From Chloropicon primus (lineage: Eukaryota), in NCBI GenBank assembly GCA_023205875.1, contig CP060764.1, positions 186,001 through 250,000 of the forward strand: 64,000 nucleotides of DNA, given 5' to 3'. A model generated the notes under the pieces. The model had not been told where the DNA came from and ran no database searches. It saw nothing but the letters and a program-made list of their open reading frames with translations. Positions 1-10,829 of this stretch are shown in pieces; within the stretch, counting starts at the first letter, position 1, and every line of letters starts with the position of its first letter. The position numbers and the translations under genes are program-made.

Positions 1-1
1 T

Positions 2-352
2 CGATTCCCTGGAACAGTCGAAGCCGTGAACTACAAAGGGTGCATCCTCTTGTTGTGCTCAGACTTCCCAAGGTGTTCCTCCCCGCACTGGCACGCCCTT
101 GGGAAGCTGGGCTCCGCGGAGATCATCGGAACTTTTGATGGGGTTTCCCAGCGAGCGATTCCTCTCTTTTCAGGGGTAGACGAGGAGAAGCAAAACGTTT
201 TTTCTAGGGAAGTTGGTCAGTACAGCACGGGGCAAGGCAGGGGCGGCTCCCAGACAATCGTGAGAGTTGCCAACGTAGAGGACAGGGGCGGCACGTCGAC
301 GCTCAATTTCGGAATTATATCTGTGAAAGAAGAACATAAGAACTCGTTCTAG
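2..352 (+). CDS. 3' end of an unidentified protein-coding gene (truncated by the window start)
   Basis: Frame is open from base 2 (RFPGTVEAVNYKGC...) to TAG at 350-352, followed by TGTAA at 375-379; convergent with the AP-3 beta gene. No family recognised. Confidence 0.55.
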   Translation, partial: RFPGTVEAVNYKGCILLLCSDFPRCSSPHWHALGKLGSAEIIGTFDGVSQRAIPLFSGVDEEKQNVFSREVGQYSTGQGRGGSQTIVRVANVEDRGGTSTLNFGIISVKEEHKNSF

Positions 353-408
353 TGAAAACGCAGGCTCTTGCTGCTGTAAATGCTAATGTATATTCATATT
401 TTGATAAG

Positions 409-3059
409 TTATTGTTCGCCTTCAGCCCCTTCCCCCGTCTGCTCTTCGTCCTGTCCTCGCTCCTCTTCCTCTTCCTCTGACTCAGAATAGCTGTAGCTGT
501 AGGACCCGGAATATCCGTCGCTCTCCGAGTCGCTATAAAAGTTGTCCAAAGGAGAATTGTCCGCAGCAGCGTGTGGTTGCTGAGAGGAGGACGCTGCATT
601 GTTGGGGTACTGGCTTCTCACCTGGTTTTGATTTTGGGACTTGCTCGAGTTTTGTGTTATCTTGGCATCTCGAAGGGTGCTATTTGTAGGCGTGGTTCTG
701 AATTCCGGCATCGTTTGGTAGCCAGGGGCGCTGTGGTCAACTAGGTGGCTCAGGGAACCAATCGAAAAGGCGTTCTTGCTATCATCGATCGGGGACGAGA
801 TGGGCTTCAGATTCGCACTCGCCAGGATGATCTTTTTGCTGATGGATTCACCGTCCGCGCCGCCACCTGAGGTCAATCCGCCATAAAGTCTGGCCTTGTC
901 CCTCACGCTGTACGAGGTGTCGCACTTTGCCATGTTCAGGACATAATCAAACGCCGGCTTTGCTTTCTCGACCCCATGGATAGTCAACCTTGCCAAACTA
1001 TTCAGAATTTGAATCTTGACCTCTTCGTCTTGTTCGATGAATTCTGTCGTGGCCAACCGAGCCGCTTCGTAGGCGAGATCAGAGAGCTTTGCAAAGGTTT
1101 CTTTCCCCATCATTTCCTTCACGTCCTGCTCTCCTTCCCCCGCCCTGCTCTGGAGGGTCAAGTGACAGCTGGAAAGCCACAGCACCCCCATCTTGGACTT
1201 TGGCGAAGCCATGAGGTGGTACCTTTTGATCAACTTGGCTATCTGTTCCATGTACAAGTCAGGGCGGCCCTGCGCGATGCCCAGGATGACTTGGACACTA
1301 TTCGCGGACACTTGCTCTGATGCATGCGTCGAAAGGACCATCAGGCTCTTCAGGATCCTTTCCTGCATCTTGGGGTACTTTTGCACGCATCGACCCAAGG
1401 CAAATATAGCGTTCGACACGAAAGTCATCTCGTTGTCCCTCAAATACGCTTGCAACTCCTTCAAGAGCTCAGGAATGTTATCCTCTGCAATGATCTCCGT
1501 CAGGACATTCAGTTTCAGACACTTGACGTGCAGCGGATCGCTCGCCCTCACGAAAAATCCTGTGAAGTGTGGTGCAAAGACTTCTGGGTACTTGTGCGCA
1601 AAGCTTGCCACGCTGTGAAGGATGACATACTCCGACGCCGATCTTGTCGACCTCATGCAAAACATGAGCGCCTTGCCACACCTGTGGTGCTCGTAGGACG
1701 GGGCAAAATCGAACTGCAAAGCAACAGTTGCCATGACCACCGCGGAGTTCCTCGACTGCAGCAATGGCCAGGTGCATCTCAAGAGAAGCCTGTGATCCTC
1801 AGTAATCAGGTTCTCGGGGCGGGAAGAGACCTCGGAGTCCTCGACAATCTTGGAAGAGCTGTCGTCGTCTCCGTAAAAGTTGTCCACGCTCTCCACTTTT
1901 GGCGAACTTTCCATGCTCACTTGCTTGGTGCCCTGAGTCTTGCCCTTGTTCGGATCCACGAAATTTGCCCTGGCATATCTGTGAAGAAGGTTCAACGCTG
2001 CCACCTGCGACCACTCATCCATATCGACCAGCATCTTGCAGAGCTTTCTGTAGCTCCAATGCACGGCGTCGAGCCTTTCCGGGCACATCGTGTTGAAAAC
2101 TTCGCAGGCGGAACCCATCACCAGAGGGGACGGCTCGCTGTCAAACACCTTGAGCAGGATCTCAAACAGGTCCTCCTCCATGTCCCTGTTGAAGGAATAC
2201 AGCTTGGCAAGCCCCACAACAGCGGCCTTCCTCACCAATGCGTTGGGATCGAAGACGGCGCTCTTGATGACGACGAAAGTTATGGGTACGATGTCCTGCA
2301 CCCGGATCGAAGACAATACCCTCACAGAGAGCACCCTGGCCTGCGCGTTGTTGGAGTCGTTCAAACCCTTCTGGATCTCGTTCACTGCCATGAGAGTGTC
2401 GTCTGGCTTGGACTCCGCGTGCCTCACGAGAAAGATGTAAACCAACCGCTTGATCTCGGGGTGCTTCGTGGCCAAAAGCTTGACAACGCTGGGAAGGAAA
2501 GTATCTGCTATACTCGTGTCCTCTGCCCCCCCTGCCGCGCCAGCGGTGCTGGACACACTTATCTGCTGGCTCATGTTCGTGTACGCCTTCTTCCCGCCCG
2601 TCTCAGTTATCAGCCAGCGCATTGCCTCCAGCTGCTCGTGCGTCGACTTGCTCGAAAGCTGCTGCTTCCGCTGACGCTCCTCCGTTGCGGAGGCGGGGTC
2701 ACTCCCAAAACCTAGAAGAAAAAGTTTGTGCAAACAAACAAACACTCTTCGTCAGAGAGAGAGAGAGTCTCAAGGGAGGGAATGAAAGAGAGAAGAAGGA
2801 GAGAGAACCGAGAGGCTTCTTGGCGAGTCCTTGACGCTTCGCCGTAACGGCCGTGCCACGCCCTCAGGCCAAACCAAACCGGAGCCTTACCTATCGACGC
2901 CGCTGCCGAACCAAACCCGTTGTTGTTGTAGCTCACGCCGTTGTTCTGTGCCACCGAGGGCGACGCGCTTGGCGTGGACGCCGCCGAATTCGACGTGGAG
3001 GATGCCCTGTTCCTCATCTTCTCCTTCAAACCTCTGCCGAAGTCCTTGAGACCCTTCAT
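409..3059 (-). CDS. AP3B: AP-3 adaptor complex beta subunit; 2 exons (3059-2891, 2711-409)
   Basis: Adaptin N-terminal HEAT motifs (IKRLVYIFLVRHAESKPD, VRKAAVVGLAKLY, YRKLCKMLVDMDEWSQV, PLLQSRNSAVVMA, YSVRDKAR, GSLSHLV). GTAAG...CTAG intron at 2890-2712 joins the MKGLKDFG exon in frame. An alternative ATG lies at 3092. Confidence 0.9.
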
Positions 3060-3536
3060 GGTTGACGCCGAACGTCCTCGAAGTCGCTCCATCTCAACCT
3101 CCTCGCTCGGCCTCGTACCCTAAATGACTCGAGCGAGCAAAACAAAAAAAAACCCACCTCCAAAAAAAAAAAAAACCCAGAACCGCAAACGACGGGACGA
3201 TACCGTAACACTTGCTCCGATCTCTCCAGCCGACCTCCTCCTCCTCCTCCTCCTGTCCCTCTCCCTCCGCCTCTCTCTCTCACGATCGCTTTCCTTTATC
3301 GATCGATCGATCGATCACTGGACTTTTGCTTTTGCGTTCGCTGCCGTCACCAGCAGAAGGCAAAGTCTGCGATCGAGAGGGCGGAGAGGGCATAAGCAAA
3401 GGGCAACGCATTCTCTTTCGATTGAAGTACCTCGATCGACGCGTTTGACGAAGAAGTGCTTCCTCTTCTTCTTCTTTTTCTCTTCCTCTCTCGATCGAAC
3501 GATTGATCGAACATCGTTTGGGAAGAAGGAAAGAGG

Positions 3537-4643
3537 ATGGCCGCAGTGAGAGTGTTCAGGAGGTTGGCGACGAAGGCGCTACCGGGAGTGGGGGGGTGGA
3601 GTGGAGTGAATGAATCGGTCGCGTCGAGGGCGAGGTCCGTGCAAGGCGTGTTGCTTCTCCGGCCACTGGATGGGTTTGTCTTGGAGAGAAGTCTCGCGTC
3701 CGGTGCTGGATCAAACTTGCAGTTGATCAAGCAGTTGAGGGAGGAGAGCTCTGCTCCGGTGACCGAGGTCAAGGCCGCGCTGGAAGAGTCGGGCTGGGAC
3801 ATCGAGAAGGCGCACATTGTCCTGAGGAAGAGGGGCATTGCCCAAGCGGAGAAGAAGAAGTCCAAGCGCACCGCGACCGAGGGGCTCGTGGGCGTGGCGA
3901 CGAACGAGTCGGGCACCAGGGCGGCTCTCGTGGAGGTGAACTGCGAGACCGATTTCGTGAGCAGGAACGAGTCCTTCCAGAATTTGGCCGGGCAGGCCGC
4001 AAGAGCTTTGCTGGCATCTCCCCACGGGAGCGTGGCCACGGTCCCAGGCAGCGATATTCTGGCCCTCGGGACGGATGGCGACAAGGGGGCGACCGTGGAA
4101 GAGGCTCTCACGAACGTCGGCCTCGCAATTCGTGAGAAGTTGGAGGTCAGGCGGGGCCAGATCATGGAGTCGGAGAATGGCGTGGTTGCGACCTACCTGC
4201 ACATGAGCCAGGCGCCTTCCGTGGGGTCGATAGGATCGCTGGTGCGCCTCGAGGCGGGCGACGGGGAGCAGATCGGCGACAAGACTCCCGAGGTCCTTGC
4301 AGTGGGCAAGAAGGTCGCCATGCACGTGGCAGCTGCGTCGCCACAGTACCTTTGCGAGAACAGCGTGCCTACCGAGGCCCTCGAGGCCGAGAAGGAGGTC
4401 CTCCGCAATCTTCCAGGAGTCGCAGAAAAGCCTGCGAACATCGTGGAAAAGATGATCACGGGCAGGCTCAACAAGTTCCTCAAGCAAGTAACGCTGGTCT
4501 CGCAGCCCTTCGTGATGGACGACAGCGTGAGCGTGAAAGCTTTCGTGGAGAAGGAGGGAAAGAAGCTCGGGCTCAACCTCACCATCAAGTCTTTTGGCCG
4601 CTTCAAAGTTGGGGAAGGCATTGCCGCTGACAAGGAAGAGTGA
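3537..4643 (+). CDS. TSFM: Translation elongation factor Ts, organellar (probably mitochondrial)
   Basis: LIKQLREES, EGLVG, LVEVNCETDFVSRN, VAMHVAA, EKMITGRLNKF, RFKVGEG; Arg-rich N-terminal presequence. Confidence 0.93.
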   Translation: MAAVRVFRRLATKALPGVGGWSGVNESVASRARSVQGVLLLRPLDGFVLERSLASGAGSNLQLIKQLREESSAPVTEVKAALEESGWDIEKAHIVLRKRGIAQAEKKKSKRTATEGLVGVATNESGTRAALVEVNCETDFVSRNESFQNLAGQAARALLASPHGSVATVPGSDILALGTDGDKGATVEEALTNVGLAIREKLEVRRGQIMESENGVVATYLHMSQAPSVGSIGSLVRLEAGDGEQIGDKTPEVLAVGKKVAMHVAAASPQYLCENSVPTEALEAEKEVLRNLPGVAEKPANIVEKMITGRLNKFLKQVTLVSQPFVMDDSVSVKAFVEKEGKKLGLNLTIKSFGRFKVGEGIAADKEE

Positions 4644-6347
4644 TCACCATGGACCGTGAATTAATTTTATTTGAGTCGTGACGGCGTAGCTGTTCTTGCT
4701 TTCATTCGTTTCCACTGCTTGCTGGTCAGAAGTCGCATTGAGGTTGAACTTCCCAATCTCCACCACCAGGCTGCGAGCTTTCGCCAGGTCAAAGTCCAAG
4801 GCCGACCCCAGCGCGCTCAAGTCCCAGAACACCATCCCGTACGACCCCGCCATGCTTCCCACGTTCTCGGTCTCCAGGTCGAGAATAGAAGCCGTCTGCA
4901 GGGGGGTGAACGAGGTGTAGTTGAACGCTTCTCCTGGCTTCAGGACGGGCTTCTCCCCTATCACTCCCGGGCCCTTCACCTCGTTCGTCCTGCCCTCCGC
5001 GTCCGTAATCACCCAGTGCCTGTTCATCAGCTGAACCGTCTTGTCCGTGCTCTCGTTCGTGATCTGCACGTCGTACTTGAAGAAGAACTGGCCTATCCGA
5101 GGGCTGCTGCGTTCCGGGACGTAGTGGGACTCCACTCTCACCCTGATCCCGTCCGTGATGATGTCCGACTTTGTGCTGGGAAGGGCGGGGACGGAAATCC
5201 TGCCGTTGTCCCCGCTCCTCAGGAGGTCCAAAGTGTGCGGGAGAATCTCGCCGAGATTAACCCTGCTCTCCAAAGCCTGCTCCGCCAGAAGCTCGATGTC
5301 TTCCTCTTTCATCATGGACATGGCCTCTGCGGCCATGTTCACCATCTCCGGCAGGTGGTCGGGGCTCATCGCGTCCTCTGGCAGCCCTATGATCTTCGTC
5401 AGCGCCTTGAGGTCCTCCCTCGGCACGGAGGTCATGATGTCATTGACCTGCTTCAGAACCTTTGGGTTGCTTTTCATCGTGGACGACATCTCCCTGATCA
5501 TCCTCTTCACGTTCGCCAAGTCGTCCGCCCCCTTCTCGTCTTCTGGCACCCGGCCAGCCTCCAAGTCCGAGTCCGAGTCCGAGTCCGAGTCCGTCGTCGT
5601 CCCCTCCACCTCCACCGCGAAACTCAGCCTGGCTGTCCCGCGAGGCGTGGTGAGGGTGGTGTGGGAGGCGTAGTCGAAGACGTCTCCGGGCTCAATCACC
5701 GGCGACACCGGCTTCCTCGGGCTGCCTTGATAGATGGGTTGAAAGCCAGGAATCACCTTCTCTGCCACGTTGTTGCTGTTCCTCGTGTCGAGGGAGCGGC
5801 CCAGCAGCTTGACGGGGTGCTTGCCCCTGTTCTCGATCCGGCAGCGGTAGGCAAAGTGATAGGCGTCCCTCCCGGCCCGCTCGGCCCTCTCCGCCGCCCC
5901 GCCGAACGGGTCCTCGATCCCGGAGCTCCACACCTCCACGAGCACCCCGGTGTCCCCGTGGTGAGTCGTGTTGGACGAGACCTGCAGCCTGCTTTGCTGC
6001 ACGATGGCGATGTACGCGTCAATCCCCTTCTGGAACTGCTTTGACGGTGGCAGCGATGCCGAGATCCCTTCCTCGAAGTACCTCCTCGCTAAACGCCTCA
6101 GCGAGCTCAGGGAGAACGTCCCTTGGTCGTCCCCGTCCCGCTCGAACCAAGGAAGGACCTCCCTCTTCGCTGCGGCGTGGCACTCCTCCCAAGAGCCTCG
6201 CCCCAGGCTCGAGCTCCGCAACACGTCCTCGTACGTCACCGGCCGCCTGAACGAGATCCCCGTCGCGCCCTCCCTCTCCAGCTTGGCGAGGCGCCTCAGC
6301 ACCTTGGAGTACAGGGACAACGACGACGACGACGACGACGACGCCAT
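4644..6347 (-). CDS. Protein with two ApaG (DUF525) domains and a Met-rich helical linker
   Basis: Canonical C-terminal ApaG (GIRVRVESHY...FKYDVQITN...VQLMNRHWVITDAEG...VKGPGVIGEKPVLKPGEAFNYTS) and a divergent N-terminal copy (YHFAYRCRIEN...VKLLGR...PVIEPGDVFDYAS). First ATG at 6347. Confidence 0.8.
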   Translation of the reverse strand: MASSSSSSSLSLYSKVLRRLAKLEREGATGISFRRPVTYEDVLRSSSLGRGSWEECHAAAKREVLPWFERDGDDQGTFSLSSLRRLARRYFEEGISASLPPSKQFQKGIDAYIAIVQQSRLQVSSNTTHHGDTGVLVEVWSSGIEDPFGGAAERAERAGRDAYHFAYRCRIENRGKHPVKLLGRSLDTRNSNNVAEKVIPGFQPIYQGSPRKPVSPVIEPGDVFDYASHTTLTTPRGTARLSFAVEVEGTTTDSDSDSDSDLEAGRVPEDEKGADDLANVKRMIREMSSTMKSNPKVLKQVNDIMTSVPREDLKALTKIIGLPEDAMSPDHLPEMVNMAAEAMSMMKEEDIELLAEQALESRVNLGEILPHTLDLLRSGDNGRISVPALPSTKSDIITDGIRVRVESHYVPERSSPRIGQFFFKYDVQITNESTDKTVQLMNRHWVITDAEGRTNEVKGPGVIGEKPVLKPGEAFNYTSFTPLQTASILDLETENVGSMAGSYGMVFWDLSALGSALDFDLAKARSLVVEIGKFNLNATSDQQAVETNESKNSYAVTTQIKLIHGPW

Positions 6348-6990
6348 CCGTCTGTCTGTCTGTCTGTCTATGTCGATATCGACCTCTCGCCGAAGCTTCC
6401 GAATCCCCAATGGCCCTTCGTCTTCCGACCTCGCAGTGCAGTCATCAAGCAAGCACAGCGAGCGCTAAAGGTGCTACTGACGCCTCCTCGCCCTTCTGCT
6501 TCTCTCCTCTTCTCTCCTCCTCTCCTCTCCTCCAAAGTTGTTGTTGTTGTCGATGACGATGACGATGACGATGATGATGATGATGGATGATGTTCCTGGT
6601 GTTGATGACAATCTGGTCCACCAAAAAAGTCAAGCGAGGTATCCCCAGAAAGATCGCAAGACGAAGATTCGTTCTAATGAGGAGAAACTCTCGTCCCTTG
6701 ACCTCCTCTCCCTCTCCCTCTCTCTTCTCTCTCTCCGTCTCTCTCTCTCCTCTCGCGCGCGCGCCCAGCCGAAGTGAGGCATCCAGAATCTCTTGAGGAG
6801 TGCAAAGAGTGGTACACTCGTGGGACGCATCGGAGAGACGAACGGAGGAAAACCCAAACCGTTTCTTTCGAGGAGCGGAGCCGTTACGAGGTCGCCGCTC
6901 GTGGGGACTGTAACGTAACGGTAGCGGGAAGAGGGGCGGTTCATGGGGTGCGGGGTACCGGGAGGGTTCCGCAGGAGGTGGTCCCGCGCC

Positions 6991-9900
6991 ATGTCGCGTC
7001 GTTTTGTGGGTTTTGTTTTCGTTCTCTTCGTCCTTGGCCTCGTCGGCCTCGGCTTCGAGGAGAAGACGTGTTACGCGCAAATTGACATAGGGACGGTGCT
7101 GCAGCAGGTGAACCCGCAGGACACCCTCGGTGCGGTGTGCGAGGATGAGAAGTTCAAGGTGGTGCTCAAGTCCATCTGCGAGCCTGGCGGAGCCGTGGCG
7201 AAGGCCATACGGGGGGCGACGGTCGCGAAAATTCCAGAGGAGGCCCTCACGCTCGAGGAGGCCACGACTGGGGAGAGTGGGGCGGCCTCCCTCCCCGAGC
7301 TCGCCGAGGGGAGGTCCGTCCAGGAGGTCCGCGAGGGCGGCCAGTGCCTTGTGGACGTCGGCAGCCTGAAGCTGGTGAGGACGAACGATCTCAGGCTCCG
7401 AAGTGTGGGGCGGAACACGGAAGTGAGGGGCGTCAAGAACGAGTTCGTGGAGTCCTGGAAGGAGTCCATCACGAAGGAGGTCGCCCAGTTCATCACGACC
7501 CTGCAGGGCGACGACCCCTCCTCCTCCTCGAACGCGACGAAGACGGACGACGACATGTCCGTGTACACCGTCTTCAGCGAGTCGGAGCTGATTTGCAGCG
7601 AGGGTCTCCAGTGCGTCGTCACGGACGCCGCTGACCTCGCTGCAGGTGGCCAGCTGTCCGGGACCTGCAAGAAGTGCAAGTTCGGCTCCTACTGCCCCGC
7701 CGGCGTCGTGAACGACGAGTCCGGCGCGCTCAAGTTCACGCCCAGCGTGGCGAACCAGTGCCCACCGGGCTACTTTTGCGAGACTCCGTCGTCCATCAAG
7801 AACTGCCCGGCGGGCTTGTTCTGCCCCTCCGGCAGCGCGAAGCCTCTCGACTGCAACGACCTCGGCTTTGAGATGAAGCACTGGGGAACGGAGTTTTCCG
7901 CCAGGTTGGAGGGCAACTACTGCCCCCCGAACTCGCAGGAGCCGTGGACGCTGTGCCCGGGCGGGTACTACTGCCCGAACGCGACCGTCGCCATCGTGTG
8001 CCCCAAGGGCCACTACTGCCCGGCGATGACGAAGGAACCGAGGAAGTGCCCGTTCCTCTCCGTCTGCAACGAGGGGTCAAGCGCGCCGTCCATCTCTTGG
8101 ATGGCCCTCGTCGGGGTGCTCGCCCTCGGCGTGGTCGTTTACGGAACCTCCTTCCTGATCATCTGGAGAAGCAAAAAGGCTTGCGAGGGGGATTCTGAGG
8201 ACGAGGAGCTCACGCTCTTCAACGACAAGGTCATCAAGACGATCTGCAGTGTCGTCCTCCCCCGGTACAAGGCCAGGGAGATTGCAGACATTTGCAAAAT
8301 GGGAACGCTCTCCGTCGTCAGCGACCCGCTGCGGTTGGACATCTGCGACCTCACGGTGAAGTTCAAAAACAGGGTGATCTTGAGCAGCGTCAACTTCCAC
8401 TTTCCGAATGGGACTTTGAACGCGATATTCGGACCAAGTGGGGCAGGAAAGACGACTTTGATCAAGAGCATGCTGGGCAAGCTCTCGTACAACTTGGACG
8501 TCGCAGGAAAGGTGTCCTTCACGAAGTGCACGTCCAACGAAGAGATCAAAGTGTACTCCAACTCTAGGACTTGCCTGAGGAAGACGCTCGACTTTTTTGA
8601 GACTTCTGCCGCCAGGAAGAAAGTCATCAGCAACAAGGTGGGCTACGTCCCCCAGGACAATGTCGTTTACCCAAATCTCACGGTGAACGAAAACATTCTG
8701 TACAGCGTCAAGCTGAGAAACAAGTTTGTGGCGAGCAGGAAGGCCTTGACTGATCAGATCCTAAACTTGCTGGGCCTCTTGAACGCGAAGAACACCATTG
8801 TCGGCACCCCAGAGAGGGGGGGAATCTCTGGAGGAGAGTGCCGCAGAGTCAGCATCGGGCTAGAGCTCGCGGGCTGCCCTCTCTGTTTGGTGCTGGACGA
8901 GCCCACCACCGGGCTCGACGCCGTCTCCGCCGACAGGGTGCTGAAGTGCCTGAACTTCTTGACTGCCTCTGGGATGACGATCATTGCATCCATTCACCAG
9001 CCGAAGTCCTCCATATTCCACCTTTTCGACCAGATACACGTGCTCATGAAGGGCGGTTACGTTGTCTACACCGGGCCCAAAAATTACGTGACGAGGTACT
9101 TCGATCACCTGGGCTTTGTCATGCCGGAGCTGGAAAATCCTGCTGACTTCATCATCGACATTGTGTCTGGGCTGGTGAACTGCAAGAGCAAGCCGTCGTT
9201 CACGACTGAAGAGCTCGCTGAGATGTGGGTGAACAACAAGCAAATGCTGCAGCACTACTCGAGCGATCCTTCGAGATACGGCGAGGGTTCGTCCGAGTCC
9301 AGCTTTGTCGACATGGACGCAAAGAATCAGGAGAAGGCGATGGACGAGGAGGCCAAGCTTCTGTTGGATCTCAGCTTGCCCGATTTGCACAAGGAGCTGT
9401 CGAGGAACCAAGAGTTGAACTCTGGCAAGCACGCATATAGCCTGTCCATCGACGAGCTCAAGGGCTTGGTCATCCACATATGCGCGGCAACATGCCACCT
9501 CAAGTACTTTGACACCGTGGACGAATGCATCAGGCACGTGTCCAACAGAATACGCTCTTGCCTTTCTCCTGAAAGGAACAGACCTTCTGGAGACATCTCA
9601 GCTGGCGACCAAGAGCCCGAGCCGCAGTCTTACAGCAGACTGACGAGCTTGTTCAGCTTCAAGTCTTTCTCCTGGTCTTTCAAATCTGCCTTGTCGTTGA
9701 AGTCCTTTGACACGGACGGTGACAGCTCCTGCACCTGCAACCTCGCTCATTACCTGAAGCGGCAGCTGCAGGTTGCCTGTGTCCTTTACTCGAAGGACAT
9801 CTTGGGCTGGGTGAGGTTGCTGGGCCTCAAGACGGTCGACATGGTCATCACAGCAGTTTTCGCGATTATCTTGGGGTTCAATCAAGGCCAGGGAAACATG

Positions 9901-10530
9901 GAAGTGAAGGACATCCTGTACATGTCCATGCTCATCAACTTGTATGTTGGAATGCTCTCGGTAGTGTGGTCCATCACCTTGACCCTGGAGAGGCTCAAGT
10001 CTGCCGAGAGAGAAGCGGGGGGATCGATCTCTACTGGCCTTGTTTACACCAGCGCGAAGATGGCAGATTTGATTGATCACATCCTGAGGCCGACCGTCTT
10101 CAGCTTGCTGTTCTACTTTATCTCACTTCCACGCCAGAGTTTCTTCGACTTTTACGTAGTCGTCCTTGGGGTCTCCCTGAGCTGTTCGGGACTCGGCGAC
10201 TTTGTGTCTGTCATTTTCCCTGAAAATTTGGCGACGGTTATGGGTCTCATCATCGCCTTTTTGTTCGGAGGCATCTTGAACGGCTTCTCCCCTCCCCTGA
10301 GCGACTTGCCAAGCGAGTGGATCGTGTTCCCTTCCTACGCGAGGTGGGGCGTGGAGGCCATGTCCCTCTCCGAATTCAAGGAGTATAACGACTGGCGCAC
10401 AATCACGGGCATGCAGCACATCGGCTATAGTTTTGACAACTACACCAACGGCGTCCTCTTCCTTTACATCTCTGCCTTGGTGCTAAGGGTTGCAGCGTAC
10501 CCTCTCTTCAGGAAGCGTGCGCTGGCATAA
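6991..10530 (+). CDS. ABCG half-transporter with signal peptide and Cys-rich ectodomain (plant ABCG24/ABCG28-like)
   Basis: Signal peptide, CPxGxYCP repeats, one TM helix, Walker A GPSGAGKTT, signature ISGGECRRV, LDEPTTGLD, SIHQP, C-terminal ABC2 TMD. Start at 6991 or 6943. Confidence 0.88.
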   Translation: MSRRFVGFVFVLFVLGLVGLGFEEKTCYAQIDIGTVLQQVNPQDTLGAVCEDEKFKVVLKSICEPGGAVAKAIRGATVAKIPEEALTLEEATTGESGAASLPELAEGRSVQEVREGGQCLVDVGSLKLVRTNDLRLRSVGRNTEVRGVKNEFVESWKESITKEVAQFITTLQGDDPSSSSNATKTDDDMSVYTVFSESELICSEGLQCVVTDAADLAAGGQLSGTCKKCKFGSYCPAGVVNDESGALKFTPSVANQCPPGYFCETPSSIKNCPAGLFCPSGSAKPLDCNDLGFEMKHWGTEFSARLEGNYCPPNSQEPWTLCPGGYYCPNATVAIVCPKGHYCPAMTKEPRKCPFLSVCNEGSSAPSISWMALVGVLALGVVVYGTSFLIIWRSKKACEGDSEDEELTLFNDKVIKTICSVVLPRYKAREIADICKMGTLSVVSDPLRLDICDLTVKFKNRVILSSVNFHFPNGTLNAIFGPSGAGKTTLIKSMLGKLSYNLDVAGKVSFTKCTSNEEIKVYSNSRTCLRKTLDFFETSAARKKVISNKVGYVPQDNVVYPNLTVNENILYSVKLRNKFVASRKALTDQILNLLGLLNAKNTIVGTPERGGISGGECRRVSIGLELAGCPLCLVLDEPTTGLDAVSADRVLKCLNFLTASGMTIIASIHQPKSSIFHLFDQIHVLMKGGYVVYTGPKNYVTRYFDHLGFVMPELENPADFIIDIVSGLVNCKSKPSFTTEELAEMWVNNKQMLQHYSSDPSRYGEGSSESSFVDMDAKNQEKAMDEEAKLLLDLSLPDLHKELSRNQELNSGKHAYSLSIDELKGLVIHICAATCHLKYFDTVDECIRHVSNRIRSCLSPERNRPSGDISAGDQEPEPQSYSRLTSLFSFKSFSWSFKSALSLKSFDTDGDSSCTCNLAHYLKRQLQVACVLYSKDILGWVRLLGLKTVDMVITAVFAIILGFNQGQGNMEVKDILYMSMLINLYVGMLSVVWSITLTLERLKSAEREAGGSISTGLVYTSAKMADLIDHILRPTVFSLLFYFISLPRQSFFDFYVVVLGVSLSCSGLGDFVSVIFPENLATVMGLIIAFLFGGILNGFSPPLSDLPSEWIVFPSYARWGVEAMSLSEFKEYNDWRTITGMQHIGYSFDNYTNGVLFLYISALVLRVAAYPLFRKRALA

Positions 10531-10829
10531 GTCCTGTCAAAATAATGCTTTGCTTGCCAATATATAATCCACAACTGTTTTTATTGCGTGTTTCCCGACC
10601 GCACCGCGGCGTGGTCTTCCAAAGCCTTTCATTGTCGTCAACATGGAGAGAGGTTGTTGTGTGCTGCGCTGCGTTGTGCGTGCGTTGTGCGTGCGTTGTT
10701 GCGTGCGGAGGAAAGAAGAAGAAAGAGTGATCAATAATGGTATCATATAGAATCTTTTACAATCAAATACATCCCACACAAAAATAATTGCGTCAAATAA
10801 GCGAGAGAAGTGGCGCTTGCCGCCACTCC

